Shown here piece by piece: positions 7,933 to 17,918 of a DNA stretch of 48,535 nucleotides. Below the pieces are notes generated by a model. It was given only the letters and a program-made list of their open reading frames with translations, searched no databases and was not told the origin of the DNA. The stretch lies in the IMG/VR virus record IMGVR_UViG_3300019861_000001, positions 1 to 48,535 of that record; one strand, given 5' to 3'. Positions within the stretch are counted from its first letter, which is position 1; each line of letters opens with the position of its first letter. Made by a program: the position numbers and the translations under genes. Origin of the DNA: a virus.

Positions 7933-9079
7933 TAATAGTGAGCCTCCATTTCTATTCAGAACTTGGACTGCAATTAGTGTAATAGCCGGAGCTCTTAAAC
8001 GTAAGTGCAAACTCCCTTGGGGTATGCTTACATTCTATCCTAATATGTATATTATCTTAGTTGCTCCTCCTGGTAAGGCTAGGAAAGGAACGGCTATGGG
8101 GCCTGGTCTTGAGTTCTTGAATGAGTTAGGTATTAGATTAGCGGCTGAAGCTACAACACGTGAAGCACTTATTAAATGGTTAGGAGGAAGTAATGACACT
8201 ATTGTACACCCAGATGGAAAGACAGAATTCCATGCTTCACTCACTATTTATAGTGAGGAACTTACTGTATTTTTAGGATACCAAAATCGTCAACTTATTA
8301 ACGATCTTACTGATTGGTACGATTGTCGTGGTAGATGGACATACCGTACTAAGAATATGGGTACTGATGATATTATTGGGGTATGGGTTAATCTACTTGG
8401 TGCTACGACCCCAGATATGATACAGATGGCTATGCCCATCGAAACTGTAGGAGGAGGTCTAGCTAGTCGAATGATCTTTGTATTTGAGAGGAAGAAGGAA
8501 AAGACAGTTCCAGTAACTTTCCAGACTAAAGAAGAGTTAGAACTAAGGGAACTATTATTAAAGGATCTAGAACAGATACACATTATGCAAGGGGAGTTTA
8601 AGATAACCAATGATTTTCTAAATAGATGGATAGACTGGTACACCAGCCAAGGTGATAACCCTCCATTTGAGGACGATAAGTTTGCTGGGTATATAGAACG
8701 TAGACCAGCCCATATTCTAAAACTTAGTATGATACTCAATGCTTCAAGAACTAACTCTATGCTTCTTGATGTACAAGACTTTGAGCGGGCATTATCTATA
8801 CTTGGAGATACAGAGGTCAAAATGCCTCTAACATTTGGAGGAGTTGGAAAGTCTGTAATGTCAGATATAACATATAGGTTTATGGTTGAGATAGCTCTAC
8901 AAGGTGAGTGTACTATGTCCCACTTAATAGGCAGATTCTACAAAGATGTTAGTAAGTTCGAGATGCAGAAAATCCTTGAGTCGTTAGAATTAATGAAGTT
9001 TATATTCTACGTCTTCAAGGATAATCAGCAAAAAATAGTGTGGAATAAAGAGTGTAAGGAATCAGAGAAGTTTATGTAA
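7877..9079 (+). CDS. P-loop NTPase, candidate replicative helicase (DUF3987-like)
   Basis: 400-aa ORF with SD GGAGG. Overlaps the polymerase end by 56 nt. Walker A-like VAPPGKARKGT. Function rests on position next to the polymerase and a remembered family resemblance. Confidence 0.45.
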   Translation: MTLKRHLPDWLENYLKYTDNSEPPFLFRTWTAISVIAGALKRKCKLPWGMLTFYPNMYIILVAPPGKARKGTAMGPGLEFLNELGIRLAAEATTREALIKWLGGSNDTIVHPDGKTEFHASLTIYSEELTVFLGYQNRQLINDLTDWYDCRGRWTYRTKNMGTDDIIGVWVNLLGATTPDMIQMAMPIETVGGGLASRMIFVFERKKEKTVPVTFQTKEELELRELLLKDLEQIHIMQGEFKITNDFLNRWIDWYTSQGDNPPFEDDKFAGYIERRPAHILKLSMILNASRTNSMLLDVQDFERALSILGDTEVKMPLTFGGVGKSVMSDITYRFMVEIALQGECTMSHLIGRFYKDVSKFEMQKILESLELMKFIFYVFKDNQQKIVWNKECKESEKFM

Positions 9080-12000
9080 CTACAGCCCCTCTCCTAATCC
9101 TTCTCCCAATCCTCCAAGACCAGAATCTAGACCATTAGGTTTCTTGGTCTTGCGAGTATAGAATAGATACTCCTTAAGATTCCCTGTCTCACTAAGTTTC
9201 TTTATATCCTTAATTCCTCTAAATCCAGGAACTAGTCCACCTAATCTCTCTTTAAAGGAATCCCAAGTAGAGTCAAGATTTCTACCAGACTGTATAGCCC
9301 TTAATAACTGTATAAAATCCCAGACTAAGTTAGGGACATATCCAAAGTTATTAGGCATAGCCCCTAGAAGTATACTACTCTTATAGTCTATCCCAGTAAA
9401 TTTATTTAGAGCCCAGAATACTAAGAACTGACCTGCTGTTCTAGCAGCTGCTTTTCCATCCCTTTCCCTTACCATTGACATAAGGTGATCTATATACGAT
9501 AGTGACCAACTAGAAAACTGTAGTCCTAGCTTTCCAGTTCTACCTTGCATAATCATAGGTAAGTCTATTCCATATAACCAAGCTGTGTTTGCCATAGCTT
9601 TCTCACCAGCTCGTATCCAATAAGAACGTGGGAGTCTAGGTCTACTAGTTTTAGCTTCGTAATATCCAGTAGAGAATCCATTTACAGCCCCTCCAAGGTC
9701 TATGTATTTATAAGCTACCATAAGCTGGTCTCTAATCTTTCTGGGTAACTCGCTAAACCCATGGATAGGTAATTCCTCAACTAAAAATTGAGATAGTCTA
9801 AGCTTTGCCATAGGAGAGTCAGCCATAGCATCTTTTATCTCCTGAGAACGAGAATGCATTACTCCTCTTGCGTATGCCTCAATACCATACTTGTTGACTA
9901 TTAACCACTGTTGTAATGAGTCACGAAGTGCTGGTCTAGGAGCTGCACCAAGATATGCAGCGTAACTTGCATTTAATAGAATATCTTCTACCTGCCTCAG
10001 TATCTTACTTCCTTCATCTTCCTTCATCCAGAGTTTTTTAGCTAAGTTCTTAACTGATCTATCTTTGGCTTTATCTACTCCCATAGGCCGTCTCATTACA
10101 GCCACATTAAAAAACTCCTTTACTAACTCCTGTTTATCAGGACTCATTTTCTTCTCTATTGGAGCTGCTTCCTTAATAGCCTCATTAAATACCCTAGTTT
10201 TAAGACCTCGTCTGTAGTATTCATTAAATAGCTTTCTCGCATCTAACTCTGTATCTACCAATCCCCCCTCAAATGCCTCTCTAAAATCAGCCCAGAACTC
10301 TAGCTCCTTCACACCTCTAGGGGAAAAGGAATACCTTATTGCAGCCTTCCTATTTTCTTCTGGTGTTCTCTTAGGACTATAATAGGGCTCTCTCTTAGGA
10401 GCCTGTATATCGTACTTGTCATAGAGATAGTTATATACTTTATTAAGTTTATTAAACGCATCTAATTCAAGCGGGGATAGTTCAGAAATAGGTAACTCCA
10501 ATCTTTGTGCTAAGGATATTCTTTTAAGTGCATCTGTAACATATTTCTTCCTTTGACGTCTAGGTATATTAGGATTATTTCTAATTGCTTTATCCAGAGT
10601 ATCAAATATCTCTCTATCAAGCTCATCCCCAACTCTAAGTCCCTCAATCCACCTCACCATTGCAGTTCTATAAGGTCTCATAACTTCATCACCAGCCCTA
10701 CGTCTCATAGGAAGTAACCATTTAGCTACCCCTAGTACATCTTCTGAAGGTCTAGTTTCATAAAACCTCTGAAGGTCAGCAATAACCCTATTGACGTGGG
10801 CATCAGTTAGTATATCACTATTCAAATCGAGTTTGGAATTCTCTATAAAATCACTGAGAGCATCTTCACTAACCTCATATCTATTCACCCCTTTCCTAAG
10901 TTCCTCCTTTACCTTTTGGGAGATATCAGGATTATTCAGTATTTCTCTCTCACTTTCTAATACTATATTTTCTATACTCATCAACTTAGCTTTAAGTAAC
11001 TGAGCCTCCTTGAAGGTGAGTTCACTTAGATCCTTGACATACCTGATACTATTGCTAGCTATCTTCCTAACATCCTTCTCAGTAAACCCTTTCATGTTAC
11101 CTAGACCTTTGAGGTCTTGAATATCAAGTTGAGTTGCCGGAGGTTCGTTCTTACGGGCACGTTCTATATACTCTCGAGTTAGTTTAGCATCAGCTGTCTC
11201 TGTTTTGAAGAGTCGTTTGGAGACGAACTCTGAGAGCTGTTGGAGACCTAACATATCAAGAGTAGTTGTTCCTACAATCTCTGGAAGATTCTCGTCAAAT
11301 ACTACATAGTTCCGTTCACCTGAGGAAGCTCCTATATAAGTGTTTCCTGGGATGCCTGCTTTGAGGAGGAGTTTAGAAGTCTTCTCCTTCCCTATACCAT
11401 ATATAAGTTCACTTTGAATATCCTCTCCAGTCATCTTAACAAAGTCTCTGACTTCTGAAGGTAACTTAGCTTGGTCTCTTAGTTGATCTACTAAGCGAGT
11501 TGCATCCAAATGCTGTAGATTCTGTTTAGAAATTTCACCTGAAGATACTTCCTTGACTATCTCTTTAGCTATAGCCTCACATTTATTAGAAGGAGCAGGC
11601 TTATCCAAATCCAACCACTCAGCATCTTCGGGAAGTTTGACTTCGTGGAGGACCCTTGATGATGTAGTATCTATAATACCTTTAGATGCTTCTTTTAATT
11701 TATTAATAACATCTACAGTCTCATTAATATATCCAGGAGTTGCAAGTTTATTATTTTCAAGTGTTTTAATATACTCTAGTTTTTTAGTCTCCTCTTTTAT
11801 CCATCTATTTATATGATCTCTAATATATTCATTTCTCTCTTTGCTAGCAGGAAGGCTTAGATATGCCTCATTCTTTATATACCTAAGCTTACCATCTTCA
11901 AGAAATTCAGATGCATCTTTTCCATTAATAGTAATATCTATATTTCTTCCAATACTCTTAGCATACCACTCCCCAACCTTCTTCTTACTCGTAAAGTAAT

Positions 12001-15000
12001 GTCCCCATCCCTTCATCTGAGCACCTTCACCACTACCAATAAACTCATTCTTAAACTTATCAAACTTACTCTTAGTCCCATGCCAAACTACCATCCCTCT
12101 CTCATCCGTGAAGATCTTCCATTTCTTAGCCTCGTTATAGGCCTGACGAACTAACCCCTTGACATCGTTCCAGAGGTCTCCTACTATTTCCTTCATCCGT
12201 GAGCGAAACTCTCCGTATTTCTGTTTTCCTTCTAGGAAGATTCCACGAGAAATAGTTCTAAGATTTTCTATAGAAGGTAGTTCTCTTAATTTTTTAGTGG
12301 CTGATTCATAGACTCTCCTCAACCCTTCTCCAGTCGCTCCACCTATATCAAACAATAAAGGAGCTCTATCACCTGTAGGTTTCTCATAAGGCTCACCTTC
12401 AACAGGTTCACGAACTACCTCGGCCGGATCTAGCTCCAATACCTCCTGTAACCCATAAGGTTGTTGGGCTTCCTCTATATCCACCTTCTCCTGCTCTGAC
12501 TGAACTTTCCTAGCTACCTCTAACATCTTGTTAGCAGCTTCATTATGTTTCTGGAATGTCTCAAAGTCAGGAAAGTCCTCTCTAGTGAGAGAGATAGCTT
12601 TGTTAAGATCTTCGATAACATCGTCTATGTTAGCCTTGCCAGTACTAACTTTCTGTAATTTCTTCTGTGTCTTCTGCAGAGTTTTGAGCGGATTCTTACG
12701 AGCTTCCTCTATGGTAATTTTTTTACCATAGGTTGCAGGTTTGGTAACTACGTCAATCTTCTCTTCACTAGTTAGTTCCTGTTCAGGTTTTTCAGCAACA
12801 GTGTTCCTACGATCTATCTCCGCCTGAACTATATCAGCCTGAGTAGGATCAATACTTCTAGCAGCATCTCTCATTGCTTCAAGATCATCAATAGAGAGCT
12901 TATCCATCTCCTCACGATATTGACGTTCGAACTCTAAGTCCTCGTCAGGGGGTAGTTCCTCTATAGGCTCTCTCTGTCTCTTTATATCCTGTATCTTCTC
13001 CTCAGTCTTTCTCTGTAGCTCTTCTCCTTTCTTTCTCAACTCCTCTTCCTTAGCTTTATACTCAGGAGTTTCTCTAATAACTGTGAGTTTCTCTTCTAAC
13101 CTTTCCTCAGTAGTTTTAGGAACTTCTTCCTTCGGCTTTATCTTCTCCTCAAAAATCTCAACAGTCTTCTTATCAAGTGACTCCCTGAGTTTCTGTGCAT
13201 CTAATACTGCCTGAGCAGCTTCACGTTTAACCTTCTCTACCTCTTCAGGTTTCTTAGCTACTTTCTCCTTCGCAATAGCATCCAGCTGTGCTAACCTCTT
13301 TTCTACTACTGCCCTCTTCTCAGGCCTCTCCTCTAACCACTTCGCCAACTCAACATTATTCATATCCATAGGAATAACATTGTCCATCAGGGTCTTGAGT
13401 ACTCTCTGCTTATCAGCAGATTTAAAAGCCTGATTACTCTTGGTAAGTCCAAGGTCCTGAAGAACTTGATAATAAACATCTTTACCAAGTAACTTCTTAA
13501 GTTCTTTAGCCTTATCTAGATATACTTTATCTTGTGTTCTACGTTTAGTAACTTCTATCTTCTCAGTTACTATAGCTTTTTCAGTCGTACGTCTTTCCAA
13601 TTCAGCCTTGGCAGATGGAACACTCTCAGACATTTCTTTGAGAGCAGTATCACTAACCCTATACTTTCCTGTCTCAGGATTTTTCTCAGAAAATACTCCA
13701 CCTACACCCTCAGCAGATGGAGTTACTGTGGGAGCCTCAGTAGCTTCCTTACCTTTAAGTATCTCCTCAGCAACGGTCTTAGCACTCTTCTCCAATCCTT
13801 GCTCTTTTAACTTCTTATTAGTATCTGCTTCCATCTTAGTCAACGTAGCTGGATACCCATGCCAGACCATCATAGTAGTAAAGATAGCATTACCTACTCT
13901 ATCATAGAAATCCATCTGTTTAGATGTATCAGTCCCTGGGACAGGAGTTAATAGTGCTGTTCCAACAGCTATTCTCATTAACCTATTGAATGGAAAAGCT
14001 CCCCTTGCTAACCCTACAGCTCCACCCATCCTAGCTCCTGAGACATATGCCTGAGTAGCAGTCTTAATTTTACCCTCAAGAGTAGGAGCTGTAAGGATAT
14101 TACCTAATTGTTCAGTTGTAGCTGCAGTACCAAACTGTACTGCCTCTCTAACTATACCTGTAGCTACTCTTCGTGCCGTAGTCTTAGCTAGGGCATTACT
14201 CAGTTGTGGAAAAGCTTTCTTTAAAACTTTAGTTGAGAACGCTAAAGCCATAGCAGGAGCGGATACACGTTTCAAAGGAGTTAAATATGCTGCACCTTGA
14301 GCTGCCATAGTACCCAACTTCTCCCACTTAACAGCCTTTTCAGGATTCCACTTATCAGGGAAGAATATATCATTTAGAGTCTGTCCTGGTTCTAGATCTT
14401 TGCCAGAAGCTATTACCATACCAGCCTGAGGTAACTGCCCAGTTGCTGTGTTGACAAACTGAGCAGCACTACGTTTGAGGAGGCCTTCGAAAGACGGCTC
14501 TTCAGTAGAACCTGTCTTTATATACTTCTGCATCTTACCTAAAATTTCTAACTGTTTAGGTGAATACATAGTATTACTAAAAGTCTCCTGTCCCCTCTGA
14601 GCTATCGATGGCTCATTTAAATAGCCACGAATATAGGCATCGTGAATAGCTATCTCATTAGCGTCTTTTCCATTCACATCTTCCCACCAAGACTTCTTTG
14701 CAGCTATTCTCTTCATCTCCTCAGGAGTATAGTTCTGTTTGAACTCTTCTCTTAACTTAGTCCATTCTGGGTCTCTACTCATTCCATGAATCAGATCCCC
14801 ATAAACTGCCTTTCTTAATAACTCAGGATTATTCCTAAGCTCATCACTATACACCTCTACTACATTTTTTCCTCCTTCAGTAGGATGCTCCCATCCAGGT
14901 ATCCCAGTCTCATCAGAAGGCCAGTACTCCAGTCCTCCCATCTTACTACCTATCTTAGTTCTTTCAGGAGAAGCTAAAATAACATCAGTGTCTTCTAGTG

Positions 15001-15319
15001 AGTGGGTCTTCTTAAGTCCAGGATTAGCCTCCAGAACTTGAGCTAGTATATCTCTAGGACTAGGCCCCATATACTCAGCCTCTGTCTTAGGAAATACATT
15101 AGGACCTACTGCTCCTCTTGCTGCAACTTCCAGCACGGAAGGACCTGGAGGAGGAGCTAATGCCTCTTTAAGAAACGTTCCTGTTTTTGAAAGGAGCGAA
15201 GGCTGTTCCTCTTCCTCCACTCCTAAATCTAACTTAGGAATACCATACTTACTGAGCACACCAGAGGTTTCTTTACTGTCTTCAATAGTAGCAATCTGGT
15301 ACTTATCTAGCACACCCAT
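9080..15319 (-). CDS. Giant (2079 aa) polyvalent internal-virion/ejected protein with ART-like module
   Basis: Last gene of the late arm, after two Gly-rich virion proteins. Gly/Ala hydrophobic segment (about aa 330-500). Lys/Glu coiled coil (about aa 500-1000). Module VVWHGT..F..F..GSGEGAQMKGWGHYF ... NYVVFDE (about nt 11280-12100). Hydrophobic C-terminus ending GLGGLGEGLGEGL. The ORF itself is certain; the function is inferred. Confidence 0.6.
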   Translation of the reverse strand: MGVLDKYQIATIEDSKETSGVLSKYGIPKLDLGVEEEEQPSLLSKTGTFLKEALAPPPGPSVLEVAARGAVGPNVFPKTEAEYMGPSPRDILAQVLEANPGLKKTHSLEDTDVILASPERTKIGSKMGGLEYWPSDETGIPGWEHPTEGGKNVVEVYSDELRNNPELLRKAVYGDLIHGMSRDPEWTKLREEFKQNYTPEEMKRIAAKKSWWEDVNGKDANEIAIHDAYIRGYLNEPSIAQRGQETFSNTMYSPKQLEILGKMQKYIKTGSTEEPSFEGLLKRSAAQFVNTATGQLPQAGMVIASGKDLEPGQTLNDIFFPDKWNPEKAVKWEKLGTMAAQGAAYLTPLKRVSAPAMALAFSTKVLKKAFPQLSNALAKTTARRVATGIVREAVQFGTAATTEQLGNILTAPTLEGKIKTATQAYVSGARMGGAVGLARGAFPFNRLMRIAVGTALLTPVPGTDTSKQMDFYDRVGNAIFTTMMVWHGYPATLTKMEADTNKKLKEQGLEKSAKTVAEEILKGKEATEAPTVTPSAEGVGGVFSEKNPETGKYRVSDTALKEMSESVPSAKAELERRTTEKAIVTEKIEVTKRRTQDKVYLDKAKELKKLLGKDVYYQVLQDLGLTKSNQAFKSADKQRVLKTLMDNVIPMDMNNVELAKWLEERPEKRAVVEKRLAQLDAIAKEKVAKKPEEVEKVKREAAQAVLDAQKLRESLDKKTVEIFEEKIKPKEEVPKTTEERLEEKLTVIRETPEYKAKEEELRKKGEELQRKTEEKIQDIKRQREPIEELPPDEDLEFERQYREEMDKLSIDDLEAMRDAARSIDPTQADIVQAEIDRRNTVAEKPEQELTSEEKIDVVTKPATYGKKITIEEARKNPLKTLQKTQKKLQKVSTGKANIDDVIEDLNKAISLTREDFPDFETFQKHNEAANKMLEVARKVQSEQEKVDIEEAQQPYGLQEVLELDPAEVVREPVEGEPYEKPTGDRAPLLFDIGGATGEGLRRVYESATKKLRELPSIENLRTISRGIFLEGKQKYGEFRSRMKEIVGDLWNDVKGLVRQAYNEAKKWKIFTDERGMVVWHGTKSKFDKFKNEFIGSGEGAQMKGWGHYFTSKKKVGEWYAKSIGRNIDITINGKDASEFLEDGKLRYIKNEAYLSLPASKERNEYIRDHINRWIKEETKKLEYIKTLENNKLATPGYINETVDVINKLKEASKGIIDTTSSRVLHEVKLPEDAEWLDLDKPAPSNKCEAIAKEIVKEVSSGEISKQNLQHLDATRLVDQLRDQAKLPSEVRDFVKMTGEDIQSELIYGIGKEKTSKLLLKAGIPGNTYIGASSGERNYVVFDENLPEIVGTTTLDMLGLQQLSEFVSKRLFKTETADAKLTREYIERARKNEPPATQLDIQDLKGLGNMKGFTEKDVRKIASNSIRYVKDLSELTFKEAQLLKAKLMSIENIVLESEREILNNPDISQKVKEELRKGVNRYEVSEDALSDFIENSKLDLNSDILTDAHVNRVIADLQRFYETRPSEDVLGVAKWLLPMRRRAGDEVMRPYRTAMVRWIEGLRVGDELDREIFDTLDKAIRNNPNIPRRQRKKYVTDALKRISLAQRLELPISELSPLELDAFNKLNKVYNYLYDKYDIQAPKREPYYSPKRTPEENRKAAIRYSFSPRGVKELEFWADFREAFEGGLVDTELDARKLFNEYYRRGLKTRVFNEAIKEAAPIEKKMSPDKQELVKEFFNVAVMRRPMGVDKAKDRSVKNLAKKLWMKEDEGSKILRQVEDILLNASYAAYLGAAPRPALRDSLQQWLIVNKYGIEAYARGVMHSRSQEIKDAMADSPMAKLRLSQFLVEELPIHGFSELPRKIRDQLMVAYKYIDLGGAVNGFSTGYYEAKTSRPRLPRSYWIRAGEKAMANTAWLYGIDLPMIMQGRTGKLGLQFSSWSLSYIDHLMSMVRERDGKAAARTAGQFLVFWALNKFTGIDYKSSILLGAMPNNFGYVPNLVWDFIQLLRAIQSGRNLDSTWDSFKERLGGLVPGFRGIKDIKKLSETGNLKEYLFYTRKTKKPNGLDSGLGGLGEGLGEGL
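12709..12731. repeat. 23-bp palindrome family copy inside the giant ORF: CTATGGTAATTTTTTTACCATAG
   Basis: 9-bp perfect arms. Read in frame as YGKKITI on the minus strand. Confidence 0.85.
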
Positions 15320-15328
15320 CTCAATCTC

Positions 15329-16669
15329 CTATTTCTTTTTCTTGTTTTTATTGTCTTCTAACATCATTTGATAAGCCTCCCAAACCGTTACTCCCTCACC
15401 CTTCGCTACTTTCTGAACATCTCCCATAGTCCAGTCCCCAGGAAGAGTTACTCGTTCTTGTAGATTAAACAATCCCTTTCCAGGGTCATATATAATCCTA
15501 GAGTTAGGATCTGCAGTTTTATTCTGCACATCAACAGGATCTACAGTCCCAGCACTTATCCCTGCTTTAAGATTCAACTGTTCCTGCTCAGTTATCTCTC
15601 CTGGAGGACGTGGAGTAGGAGCATTACCTACTACAAATCCCTCCTTAGCAAGTCTAGCCCTCTCAGCATTAGCTCTAGCATATGTAGTAGTAATTGGAGG
15701 CATAGGTCTACCATCTTTAGGATTATAGTATTCTATTGTAGTAAGACCTTCCCAAGGATTAGCTCTATCACTTGGAGCACGATCACCTAACCTAATCATC
15801 TTCTGCCCTGTACTCTTATTATACAGCCATACTCCGTCAGAAAGTGTAACTTCTTCTAAGTCAGCCTTCTTAGATAACGGGATTCCAGTATCAAAAACTG
15901 AACCATCTCTCTCACTCATAAGCCATATATTACCATTAGGCCCATCTATCTGAACTCTTCTCTCAGCTTCTCCAGGTTTCAATACTTCTCGTAGAAAATC
16001 CGCAGTTTCTAACCCTAACCTCTGTCCTTGCATACTCCTTCCAGCCAGTGCGTCAATCATCTCTGGTGATAGCCCAGCATAATCAGCACTGGTCAATCCT
16101 GCTGGGCTACCTTGAAAACCCGATAAAGCCTTTATAAGAGTATCATAAGGGCCTGCTCCTCCACCACTCATAGGGGCAGTTGGAGCACTTGGAGTACCTG
16201 GAATATTAGGACTTCCTAATGTTAGGTCCTCCTTTCCAACTCCTCCTACTTTAGTCTGAGGTCCTACTCCTGGAACGTTACCTTTAATATTAAAAGTTCC
16301 ATCAGCATCCTCAGAGTAAGTAGTAGGTCCTGTAACTCCCTTAGAAGTTAACCCTCCTAACGCTCTTATTACACTCTGCACATAGGTCTGTTTTTCCCTA
16401 TCAGCCCTTTCCTGAGCTCTACCATAGATATTAGACGTTCCCATTCCAGTTGCAACAGCTCCAAGTCTCTGTTGCCAAGAGTCCTTAGGTGCAAGGGCAG
16501 TAGCTAACATTCCTAATGTCTGTCCTATCCTATCTCTATTCCACTGTCCTGCCTGAGGATTTGCTACTCCTGCAGCAGTTTCAGCTGCTGTAGCTTCTGG
16601 GAACCTAAACCCAGCTCTAGTAGCTCCCTCATTGAGCTTATCGAATAAACCACTCCAGTTAAAATCCAT
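15329..16669 (-). CDS. Gly/Pro-rich internal virion protein candidate
   Basis: 446-aa ORF with SD AGGAGGG. Low-complexity Gly/Pro stretches. Adjacent to the giant protein. Confidence 0.5.
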   Translation of the reverse strand: MDFNWSGLFDKLNEGATRAGFRFPEATAAETAAGVANPQAGQWNRDRIGQTLGMLATALAPKDSWQQRLGAVATGMGTSNIYGRAQERADREKQTYVQSVIRALGGLTSKGVTGPTTYSEDADGTFNIKGNVPGVGPQTKVGGVGKEDLTLGSPNIPGTPSAPTAPMSGGGAGPYDTLIKALSGFQGSPAGLTSADYAGLSPEMIDALAGRSMQGQRLGLETADFLREVLKPGEAERRVQIDGPNGNIWLMSERDGSVFDTGIPLSKKADLEEVTLSDGVWLYNKSTGQKMIRLGDRAPSDRANPWEGLTTIEYYNPKDGRPMPPITTTYARANAERARLAKEGFVVGNAPTPRPPGEITEQEQLNLKAGISAGTVDPVDVQNKTADPNSRIIYDPGKGLFNLQERVTLPGDWTMGDVQKVAKGEGVTVWEAYQMMLEDNKNKKKK

Positions 16670-16681
16670 CTTAGTTCCCTC

Positions 16682-17467
16682 CTATGGTATGAACATTGTA
16701 GCCAATCCTGCTATTCCCAGTACTCCACTTAGCCATCCTCCTCCACCACCACTTTCTTTAGTTTTAGAAGTAGTAGCCCCATTTAATGTACCTACAGCAA
16801 CTCTCTCATAATCTAAAACTGCAAAAGGCCATAGGGTATCTGCTATAGTCATTTCATAGTTATATTTATCTATACTACTCTTTATAGTAAAGAATAGTTT
16901 CATCATCTCTCCATAAAGAGTAATAGCCCCTCTATTCCACTCAAGATGTTTTCCCCATCTCTCAGTTGCTGTAGGAATAAGAGCTACTCTTGTAGTAGCA
17001 CTGAACTTAGAAACAGCTTGAACCTTCTTAGTTTCGATTAGTGCTTTTCCTATAACGAATGCACTACTCTGTAATGAGTTAATATCATGCATACCAGATT
17101 CAAACTCTAATCTATCACCGTCAATAATATCGTCTAAGTCATCAGATTCTGACGCTACAAGATCATTTACTGCAGGGGCATTTACTGTTTCTTCATAGAT
17201 TTGATCAAATAGTATATCAACATCTAACCCAAACACAAACTTTCCTCCCATATCATATAAGGAGGGAAAATCTGACATAATAAATCCAGTTCCAAAGAAC
17301 CCTACATCAACTGGAATAGCTGTGAATCCTGATAGAGGGGAACTATCCTTTAACGATTCTACATAAGTCTTAGTTGTCTCAAGAAGCCACTCGTGAGCAT
17401 CTTCTATATACGGTGCATATCTAATCGTTGTTTTAGTACTTCCGCTACCACCTTTTCCTCTGCCCAT
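16682..17467 (-). CDS. Virion protein candidate with C-terminal Gly-rich TM segment
   Basis: 261-aa ORF with SD TAGGAGG. C-terminus GGGGGWLSGVLGIAGLATMFIP. Confidence 0.5.
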   Translation of the reverse strand: MGRGKGGSGSTKTTIRYAPYIEDAHEWLLETTKTYVESLKDSSPLSGFTAIPVDVGFFGTGFIMSDFPSLYDMGGKFVFGLDVDILFDQIYEETVNAPAVNDLVASESDDLDDIIDGDRLEFESGMHDINSLQSSAFVIGKALIETKKVQAVSKFSATTRVALIPTATERWGKHLEWNRGAITLYGEMMKLFFTIKSSIDKYNYEMTIADTLWPFAVLDYERVAVGTLNGATTSKTKESGGGGGWLSGVLGIAGLATMFIP

Positions 17468-17468
17468 A

Positions 17469-17918
17469 TCAACCTCCTACATAAGTAAATGTGGTAAGAG
17501 TTTCTTCAAATCCTAGTCCTAACATAATATCCTTAACCCTCTGATTATTTGAGCAGCCTAATATAACTATCTTACCATCTTTATTTATACATCCGTTTTC
17601 CTTTCCATAGTGTTTAACTACACTAAAAAACTCCGTCCAATCTTTCTGCAATTTAAAAGAATATAAACATTCTATACTTAGTGATTTAAGACCTGTAAAC
17701 TTATTAAGGATTATAGAAGTAATAACTATCACCTCCACAGAACTTCCTTCATCATTCAACTTGAAGAAGCATTGATAGTTATTAGCTAATAGTTCTCCTA
17801 GAGCTATATTAGTTATAGACAGTACATCTTCTTCTGACACATCGAATACCTTTACTATAGCAAACTTTATTTTATCCCAGTGTTTAACAATATCGTCAAG
17901 TGATAATCTAATTATCAT
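17469..17918 (-). CDS. Hypothetical protein
   Basis: 149-aa ORF, tightly packed. Only a vague GNAT-like look, so not called. Confidence 0.6.
   Translation of the reverse strand: MIIRLSLDDIVKHWDKIKFAIVKVFDVSEEDVLSITNIALGELLANNYQCFFKLNDEGSSVEVIVITSIILNKFTGLKSLSIECLYSFKLQKDWTEFFSVVKHYGKENGCINKDGKIVILGCSNNQRVKDIMLGLGFEETLTTFTYVGG

Noticed and set aside
226-8820. Minus-strand ORFs on the plus arm (226-504, 1361-1597, 2108-2374, 3349-3558, 3555-3746, 4286-4492, 8035-8244, 8290-8820)
   Set aside because: They are antisense to well-supported plus-strand genes, in a region with strict strand polarity.
12300-13800. Low-complexity CTTCTC/CTCCTC-rich DNA, considered as a tandem repeat or CRISPR-like array
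   Set aside because: It is the Lys/Glu-rich coiled-coil coding region of the giant gene. There is no regular repeat-spacer periodicity.
10791-13907. Plus-strand ORFs 10791-11003, 11553-11816, 12528-12731, 13532-13810 and 13608-13907
   Set aside because: They are antisense to the uninterrupted 2079-aa ORF. They are Ser/Leu/Phe-rich mirror-frame products with no SD.
9080-15319. Giant protein as a crAss-like virion RNA polymerase
   Set aside because: I found no DxDGD-type catalytic loop or other polymerase motif by eye. Both arms also carry sigma70-type promoters.
17469-17918. GNAT acetyltransferase call for the 149-aa late ORF
   Set aside because: There is only a vague C-terminal resemblance, and no acetyl-CoA binding motif (Q/RxxGxG/A) is visible.
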